A stretch of 64,000 nucleotides of DNA, taken from contig NW_027361761.1 in NCBI RefSeq assembly GCF_039654945.1, positions 22,134,001-22,198,000 of the forward strand, given 5' to 3'. This DNA is from Dendrobates tinctorius. Its lineage: Eukaryota. The position numbers were made by a program, and so were the translations under genes. Below the pieces are notes generated by a model that was given only the letters and a program-made list of their open reading frames with translations, searched no databases and had not been told where the DNA came from. This document shows, piece by piece, positions 61,466 to 64,000 of the stretch (the stretch's first letter is position 1; every line of letters starts with the position of its first letter).

Positions 61466-63348
61466 CCAGGTATTCAGGGAGATGTGTATTCCAAGTGATT
61501 GTAAAGGCCCCGATGTGAAAGAATTAGGGAGTGTCGTTAGGCTTCTTTCACACGTCACACGCTGACCCATTCAAGCGTATACAGTAGGTCTGTGCGTATG
61601 TCAGTGTAGAGAAGTAGCTGTTTTATTGCAATCAAAGCAACTCCATAGACTTTTCAGCCCATCCTGGGCTTTTAGCAATAATTTATCATTATTGATCATC
61701 CAGACTGAGAACCACTGATGAATGAGCTGCTGATCAAAGATCTGCGGTGAACTCAGTGACTTTTTCTCATAGTGCTGAGTTCACTGCAGTTCAGCCCAGA
61801 GTAATTTTCTACTTCGTTCACATCTTGGCTAAATTCAGAATTCCGCCGGCTTCTTGGTGACCAGCGGTAACCTCAGTGATGTCACTGAGGCTGTGCTCAC
61901 AGAAGCTCATTCATCGGTGGTTCTCAGCCCGGACGGTCGCATCTTGGCACTGTCCAGGTTGAAAACTATTTATCCCCCAGACATAGATTACGGTGTGGGA
62001 CAGAATGACGGACAAGTGAGAGATATTGTTGTTTTTTATTTTTGTTTTATTACAGGAGATGTTGGCTTCAATGGAATTAGGCTTTAGGTGAGTATAACTG
62101 TGTTTGTTATTTTTAAGTAAAGATGAAAAAGTGTGTTTTGTTTTATTTCTAATAAAATACTTTACTATGGCTGTGTCTTTATTTACCATATAACTATAGG
62201 ATTAGTATAGATAGGTGTCTTATAGACACTTCTCCATTACTAAGCCGTGGGCTTGATGTCACCAGACAATACAAAGGTGACATCAACCCCACTTGCGTCC
62301 GCTACTGAGCAAGTGAGAAGAGCCCTGCAAAGATCAAGAATTGGCGCATGTAAGAGATGTGCTTTTTTGGGTGGCTGCGGGCTGCTATTTTGAGGCTGAG
62401 TGGGTCAATATCCATGACCCCTTACGAGCCTGAGAATACAAGCTGTCAGCTTTAGCAAGGCTGGTTGCCAAAAATGGGGTGGGACCCCACTCCATATTTT
62501 TTTATTAAAATATAGAGTGGGGACCCCTCTATTCTTGCTAGTGCTAACAGCTGTGGGTTGCAGCCCCCAGCTGTCAGTTTTGTCTGGTTGGTTATCAAAA
62601 ATACAGGGGAACCCACGCCGTTTTTATTTATTGATAGCACAGGCGGCAGGTGATGAATATACTCAGTTGAGTATAAATGTCATTATTCTCCCCTGATATT
62701 TCTGGCAGAGCAGGGGATAATGATGCGAGCAGTCTTCAGCACTCGGGAACAGCGCTAACTGTACCTCTGCATCCCTGGCGCCAGTACATGTGGTATTGAT
62801 GCGGTACACGGATGCCTCAAGTATTACACACGCGAGCACTGATACCTCCGGTACTGGTTTTTCTAGTACTGGAAATATCAGGACTTGTGAAACCGGCCTT
62901 ACAACCAGTTTCATGCTATTAGTCAGATCACTTCAGCTGGAGAATATAAATGAAATTTTACGGTTAATATCTGCATTAAATATTCTTTATTTGTGGCATT
63001 TTCTTCTCCAATCACATCTTGACTAAATTCAGTATTGCGCCAGCTTCCCTTTACCAAAAAGCAGTGCATTGTGGGGCGCATTGTTCCTACATCATATGGG
63101 GGATACTGTTCTTCCCTGCTGCATCACCACCGTCACCTTGTATATCCAGTGCTCAATATTCCCCCGTCTCTGTGTAATGCTCTGCTGACCTGAATTATTG
63201 TGGTAAAGCCTCTTCCTCTTTTCTAAATCTGAGCAAACGCTGTAATGAGACCTGAGTCCGGAAATAAACAGCAGGAAGTAGGTTGACGGCAGGAACGTTG
63301 CAGAGCCGTGTAACAGGTATAATAGTGTATGGCGGTGCTGTGTTCACC

Positions 63349-64000
63349 GCTTTCTGGTAGTTGGCACCTGATGTGTGGTCATTGCTTTCTGGTAGTTGGC
63401 ACCTGATGTGTGGTCATTGCTTTCTGGTAGTTGGCACCTGATGTGTGGTCATTGCTTTTTGGTAGTTGGCACCTGATGTGTGGTCATTGCTTTTTGGTAG
63501 TTGGCACCTGATGTGTGGTCATTGCTTTTTGGTAGTTGGCACCTGATGTGTGGTCATTGCTTTCTGGTAGTTGGCACCTGATGTGTGGTCACTGCTTTCT
63601 GGTAGTTGGCACCTGATGTGTGGTCACTGCTTTCTGATAGCTGGCACCTGATGTGTGGTCATTGCTTTCTGGTAGTTGGCACCTGATGTGTGGTCATTGC
63701 TTTCTGGTAGTTGGCACCTGATGTGTGGTCATTGCTTTCTGGTAGTTTGCACCTGATGTGTGGTCATTGCTTTCTGGTAGTTGGCACCTGATGTGTGGTC
63801 ACTGCTGTCTGGTAGTTTGCACCTGATGTGTGGTCACTGCTTTCTGATAGCTGGCACCTGATGTGTGGTCATTGCTTTCTGGTAGTTGGCACCTGATGTG
63901 TGGTCATTGCTTTCTGGTAGTTGGCACCTGATTTGTGGTCATTGCTTTCTGGTAGTTGGCACCTGATGTGTGGTCATTGCTTTCTGGTAGTTTGCACCTG
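63349..64000. repeat. 35-bp minisatellite (GCTTTCTGGTAGTTGGCACCTGATGTGTGGTCATT) running to the window edge
   Basis: Direct tandem periodicity. Confidence 0.95.

Overview
Repeat-rich vertebrate genomic DNA; the repeat families suggest an anuran frog (inference). Two spliced genes lie on the minus strand. THUMPD2 is complete: 10 coding exons, 27674-49433, about 452 aa, with a CpG-island promoter. NAALADL1-like (M28B peptidase) is present as its first five coding exons (2738-12537) and runs off the left edge. Most of the rest is a layered set of transposons. These include a structurally complete DIRS1-type tyrosine-recombinase retrotransposon inside an old L2 just upstream of NAALADL1, and a near-intact 6.7 kb L1 inside a Penelope element in THUMPD2 intron 7. 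There are also two Tc1 elements with nested MITEs, several solo-LTR-like inserts with clean TSDs, hammerhead-ribozyme motifs, four minisatellites and a 171-N gap. The most unusual features are: (1) a CR1 inserted at the NAALADL1 exon-5 splice donor, with its RT in frame with the exon; (2) an apparent spliceosomal intron in the DIRS gag region; (3) a solo-LTR-like insert with TA...TA termini; (4) fold-back Penelope-like inserts with long TSDs. I cannot show from sequence alone that any of this is a new biological system; the findings are candidates to test.
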